Origin: Eledone cirrhosa
Taxonomy: Eukaryota
NCBI GenBank assembly: GCA_964016885.1
Contig: OZ024740.1
Location: 432,822,001-432,886,000, forward strand
Direction: 5' to 3'
Length of the DNA: 64,000 nucleotides
Below the pieces are notes generated by a model. That model did not search any database. It had not been told where the DNA came from and saw nothing but the letters and a program-made list of their open reading frames with translations. Both the position numbers and the translations under genes were made by a program. This document shows positions 58,901 through 64,000 of this stretch, one piece after another. Position 1 is the first letter of the stretch. Each line of letters starts with the position of its first letter.

Positions 58901-61900
58901 TGATATGTGACAGAACCACAGAATCAGTAAGAATGGAGACTTGATATGTGACAGAACCACATAAGCAGTAAGAATGGAGACTTGATATGTGACAGAACCA
59001 CATAAGCAGTAAGAATGGAGACTTGATATGTGACAGAACCATACAATCAGTAAGAATGGAGACTTGATATGTGACAGAACCACAGAAGCAGTAAGAATGG
59101 AGACTTGATATGTGACAGAACCATGCAATCATTAAGAATGGAGACTTGATATGTGACAGAACCACAGAAGCAGTAAGAATGGAGACTTGATATGTGACAG
59201 AACCATGCAATCATTAAGAATGGAGACTTGATATGTGACAGAACCACAGAATCAGTAAGAATGGAGACTTGATATGTGACAGAACCACAGAATCAGTAAA
59301 AATGGAGACTTGATATGTGACAGAACCACAGAAGCAGTAAGAATGGAGACTTGATATGTGACAGAACCACAGAAGCACTAAGAATGGAGACTTGATATGT
59401 GACAGAACCACAGAAGCACTAAGAATGGAGACTTGATATGTGACAGAACCACAGAAGCAGTAAGAATGGAGACTTGATATGTGACAGAACCACAGAATCA
59501 GTAATAATGGAGACTTGATATGTGACAGAACCACAGAAACAGTAAGAATGGAGACTTGATATGTGACAGAACCACACAATCAGTAAGAATGGAGACTTAA
59601 TATGTGACAGAACCACAGAAGCAGTAAGAATGGAGACTTGATATGTGACAGAACCACAGAAGCAGTAAGAATGGAGACTTAATATGTGACAGAACCACAG
59701 AATCAGTAAGAATGGAGACTTAATATGTGACAGAACCACAGAAGCAGTAAGAATGGAGACTTGATATGTGACAGAACCACAGAATCAGTAAGAATGGAGA
59801 CTTGATATGTGACAGAACTACAGAAGCAGTAAGAATGGAGACTTGATATGTGACAGAACCACAGAATCAGTAAGAATGGAGACTTGATATGTGACAGAAC
59901 CACAGAATCAGTAAGAATGGAGACTTGATATGTGACAGAACCACAGAAGCAGTAAGATTGGAGACTTGATATGTGACAGAACCACAGAAGCAGTAAGAAT
60001 GGAGACTTGATATGTAACAGAACCACAGAAGCAGTAAGAATGGAGACTTGGTATGTGACAGAACCACAGAAGCAGTAAGAATGGAGACTTGATATGTGAC
60101 AGAACCACAGAATCAGTAAGAATGGAGACTTGGTATGTGACAGAACCACATAAGCAGTAAGAATGGAGACTTGATATGTGACAGAACCACAGAAGCAGTA
60201 AGAATGGAGACTTGGTATGTGACAGAACAACAGAAGCAGTAAGAATGGAGACTTGATATGTGACAGAACCACAGAATCAGTAAAAATGGAGACTTGATAT
60301 GTGACAGAACCACATAAGCAATAAGAATGGAGACTTGATATGTGACAGAACCACACAATCAGTAAGAATGGAGACTTGATATGTGACAGAACCACAGAAG
60401 CAGTAAGAATGGAGACTTGATATGTGACAGAACCACAGAATCAGTAAGAATGGAGACTTGATATGTGACAGAACCACATAAGCAGTAAGAATGGAGACTT
60501 GATATGTGACAGAACCACATAAGCAGTAAGAATGGAGACTTGATATGTGACAGAACCATACAATCAGTAAGAATGGAGACTTGATATGTGACAGAACCAC
60601 AGAAGCAGTAAGAATGGAGACTTAATATGTGACAGAACCACAGAATCAGTAAGAATGGAGACTTAATATGTGACAGAACCACAGAAGCAGTAAGAATGGA
60701 GACTTGATATGTGACAGAACCACAGAATCAGTAAGAATGGAGACTTGATATGTGACAGAACCACAGAATCAGTAAAAATGGAGACTTGATATGTGACAGA
60801 ACCACAGAAGCAGTAAGAATGGAGACTTGATATGTGACAGAACCACAGAATCAGTAAAAATGGAGACTTGATATGTGACAGAACCACAGAAGCAGTAAGA
60901 ATGGAGACTTGATATGTGACAGAACCACAGAAGCACTAAGAATGGAGACTTGATATGTGACAGAACCACAGAAGCACTAAGAATGGAGACTTGATATGTG
61001 ACAGAACCACAGAAGCAGTAAGAATGGAGACTTGATATGTGACAGAACCACAGAATCAGTAAGAATGGAGACTTAATATGTGACAGAACCACAGAAGCAG
61101 TAAGAATGGAGACTTGATATGTGACAGAACTACAGAAGCAGTAAGAATGGAGACTTGATATGTGACAGAACCACAGAAGCAGTAAGAATGGAGACTTGAT
61201 ATGTGACAGAAACACACAATCAGTAAGAATGGAGACTTGATATGTGACAGAACCACAGAAGCACTAAGAATGGAGACTTGGTATGTGACAGAACCACAGA
61301 AGCAGTAAGAATGGAGACTTGATATGTGACAGAACCACAGAATCAGTAAAAATGGAGACTTGATATGTGACAGAACCACATAAGCAGTAAGAATGGAGAC
61401 TTGATATGTGACAGAACCACACAATCAGTAAGAATGGAGACTTGATATGTAACAGAACCACAGAAGCAGTAAGAATGGAGACTTGATATGTGACAGAACC
61501 ACAGAAGCAGTAAGAATGGAGACTTGATATGTGACAGAACCACAGAAGCAGTAAGAATGGAGACTTGATATGTGACAGAACCACACAATCAGTAAGAATG
61601 GAGACTTAATATGTGACAGAACCACAGAAGCAGTAAGATTGGAGACTTGATATGTGACAGAACCACAGAAGCAGTAAGAATGGAGACTTGATATGTAACA
61701 GAACCACAGAAGCAGTAAGAATGGAGACTTGGTATGTGACAGAACCACAGAAGCAGTAAGAATGGAGACTTGATATGTGACAGAACCACAGAAGCAGTAA
61801 GATTGGAGACTTGATATGTGACAGAACCACACAATCAGTAAGAATGGAGACTTGATATGTGACAGAACCACAGAAGCAGTAAGAATGGAGACTTGATATG

Positions 61901-64000
61901 TGACAGAACCACAGAATCAGTAAGAATGGAGACTTGATATGTGACAGAACCACATAAGCAGTAAGAATGGAGACTTGATATGTGACAGAACCACATAAGC
62001 AGTAAGAATGGAGACTTGATATGTGACAGAACCATACAATCAGTAAGAATGGAGACTTGATATGTGACAGAACCACAGAAGCAGTAAGAATGGAGACTTG
62101 ATATGTGACAGAACCATGCAATCATTAAGAATGGAGACTTGATATGTGACAGAACCACAGAAGCAGTAAAAATGGAGACTTGATATGTGACAGAACCACA
62201 GAAGCAGTAAGAATGGAGACTTGATATGTGACAGAACCACAGAAGCACTAAGAATGGAGACTTGATATGTGACAGAACCACAGAAGCACTAAGAATGGAG
62301 ACTTGATATGTGACAGAACCACAGAAGCAGTAAGAATGGAGACTTGATATGTGACAGAACCACAGAATCAGTAATAATGGAGACTTGGTATGTGACAGAA
62401 CCACAGAAGCAGTAAGAATGGAGACTTGATATGTGACAGAACCACAGAATCAGTAAAAATGGAGACTTGATATGTGACAGAACCACATAAGCAGTAAGAA
62501 TGGAGACTTGATATGTGACAGAACCACAGAATCAGTAAGAATGGAGACTTGATATGTGACAGAACCACAGAAGCAGTAAGATTGGAGACTTGATATGTGA
62601 CAGAACCACAGAATCAGTAAGAATGGAGACTTGATATGTAACGGAACCACAGAAGCAGTAAGAATGGAGACTTGGTATGTGACAGAACCACAGAAGCAGT
62701 AAGAATGGAGACTTGATATGTGACAGAACCACAGAATCAGTAAGAATGGAGACTTGATATGTGACAGAACCACATAAGCAGTAAGAATGGAGACTTGATA
62801 TGTGACAGAACCACAGAAGCAGTAAGAATGGAGACTTGGTATGTGACAGAACCACAGAAGCAGTAAGAATGGAGACTTGATATGTGACAGAACCACAGAA
62901 TCAGTAAAAATGGAGACTTGATATGTGACAGAACCACATAAGCAGTAAGAATGGAGACTTGATATGTGACAGAACCACACAATCAGTAAGAATGGAGACT
63001 TAATATACGACAGAACCACAGAAGCAGTAAGAATGGAGACTTGATATGTGACAGAACCACAGAAGCAGTAAGAATGGAGACTTGATATGTGACAGAACGA
63101 CAGAAGCAGTAAGAATGGAGACTTGATATGTGACAGAACCACAGAAGCACTAAGAATGGAGACTTGATATGTGACAGAACCACAGAAGCAGTAAGAATGG
63201 AGACTTGATATGTGACAGAACTACAGAAGCAGTAAGAATGGAGACTTGATATGTGACAGAACCACAGAAGCAGTAAGAATGGAGACTTGATATGTGACAG
63301 AACCACAGAAGCAGCAAGAATGGAGACTTGATATGTAACAGAACCACACAATCAGTAAGAATGGAGACTTGATATGTAACAGAACCACAGAAGCAGTAAG
63401 AATGGAGACTTGATATGTGACAGAACGACAGAAGCAGTAAGAATGGAGACTTGATATGTGACAGAACCACAGAAGCAGTAAGAATGGAGACTTGATATGT
63501 GACAGAACCACAGAAGCAGTAAGAATGGAGACTTGATATGTGACAGAACCACAGAAGCAGTAAGAATGGAGACTTGATATGTGACAGAACCACACATTCA
63601 GTAAGAATGGAGACTTGATATGTGACAGAACCACAGAATCAGTAAGAATGGAGACTTGATATGTGACGGAACCACAGAAGCACTAAGAATGGAGACTTGA
63701 TATGGGACAGAACCACAGAAGCAGTAAGAATGGAGACTTGATATGTGACAGAACCACACAATCAGTAAGAATGGAGACTTGATATGTGACAGAACCACAG
63801 AATCAGTAAGAATGGAGACTTGATATGTGACAGAACCACAGAAGCACTAAGAATGGAGACTTGATATGTGACAGAACCACAGAATCAGTAAGAATGGAGA
63901 CTTGATATGTGACAGAACCACAGAAGCAGTAAGAATGGAGACTTGATATGTGACAGAACCATACAATCAGTAAGAATGGAGACTTGATATGTGACAGAAC
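55991..64000. repeat. More diverged mosaic of shorter re-used variant blocks (same 41-bp satellite)
   Basis: The AACAACAG/GCAATAAG block recurs at 56785, 58712 and 60229 (spacings 73, 47 and 37 monomers counting from 53792). Many rare or singleton substitutions are present. Confidence 0.75.

Larger units (their letters stand above)
1..64000. repeat. 41-bp tandem satellite array, ~1,561 head-to-tail monomers, consensus ACAGAAGCAGTAAGAATGGAGACTTGATATGTGACAGAACC; runs off both window ends
   Basis: Monomer starts fall at 1+41k. All 27 checkpoints spaced 2,460 bp (60 monomers) apart, from 1, 2461, 4921 through 61501 and 63961, begin exactly at a monomer start. Only substitution variants were seen, in one orientation. 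Confidence 0.99.

Noticed and set aside
89-63798. Hundreds of minus-strand ORFs (60-450 aa) as protein-coding genes
   Set aside because: All are translations of the same 41-bp repeat in overlapping frames. Their ends are set by which monomer variant creates a stop, and stop-creating alleles are among the commonest. There is no unique domain or gene context.
1-64000. CRISPR array (constant ~31-bp part plus variable ~10-bp part)
   Set aside because: The variable part is only ~10 bp and consists of a few recurring point variants of one sequence, not unique spacers. No leader or cas genes are present.
1-64000. A single regular higher-order repeat spanning the window
   Set aside because: Offsets differ by region (75/76, 80, 110, 143, 180, 191, 219/220, 693 monomers). 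The higher-order structure is local and mosaic.
1-64000. Telomeric repeat, tandem tRNA/5S/snRNA genes, iterons or recombination-cassette array
   Set aside because: There is no G-rich telomere motif, the monomer is too short and lacks recognisable RNA-gene structure, and no rep, integrase or cassette sequence lies between the repeats.
1-64000. Variant order as a functional information-bearing code
   Set aside because: The order is adequately explained by nested duplication and conversion. Nothing in the window points to a reader or to selection on the order.
1-64000. Purely artificial sequence or collapsed-assembly artefact
   Set aside because: Duplicated blocks differ by private SNPs, single-monomer gains or losses and patches, and the alleles form a nested series, as expected of a real evolving array. 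Local mis-assembly of individual duplications cannot be excluded without reads.

Overview
The whole 64,000-bp window is one uninterrupted, head-to-tail satellite array of a 41-bp monomer. The + strand consensus is ACAGAAGCAGTAAGAATGGAGACTTGATATGTGACAGAACC (17 A, 11 G, 7 T, 6 C; no CpG). There are 1,560 full monomers plus 40 bp, starting at 1+41k, and the phase holds at every checkpoint I examined from base 1 to 63,961. I saw no genes, RNA genes, mobile elements, inversions or unique sequence. All listed ORFs are artefacts of a consensus whose minus strand has no stop codon. The real structure lies in the ordered string of monomer variants. It shows whole-monomer duplications (offsets of 75/76, 110, 191 and 219/220 monomers, among others), a recurring ~110-monomer (4,510-bp) spacing, length-neutral replacement patches resembling gene conversion, a recombinant junction monomer, and left- and right-specific variants. 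I cannot identify the organism or satellite family, and I found no protein-coding system. Duplication boundaries were read by eye and are approximate to about one monomer.
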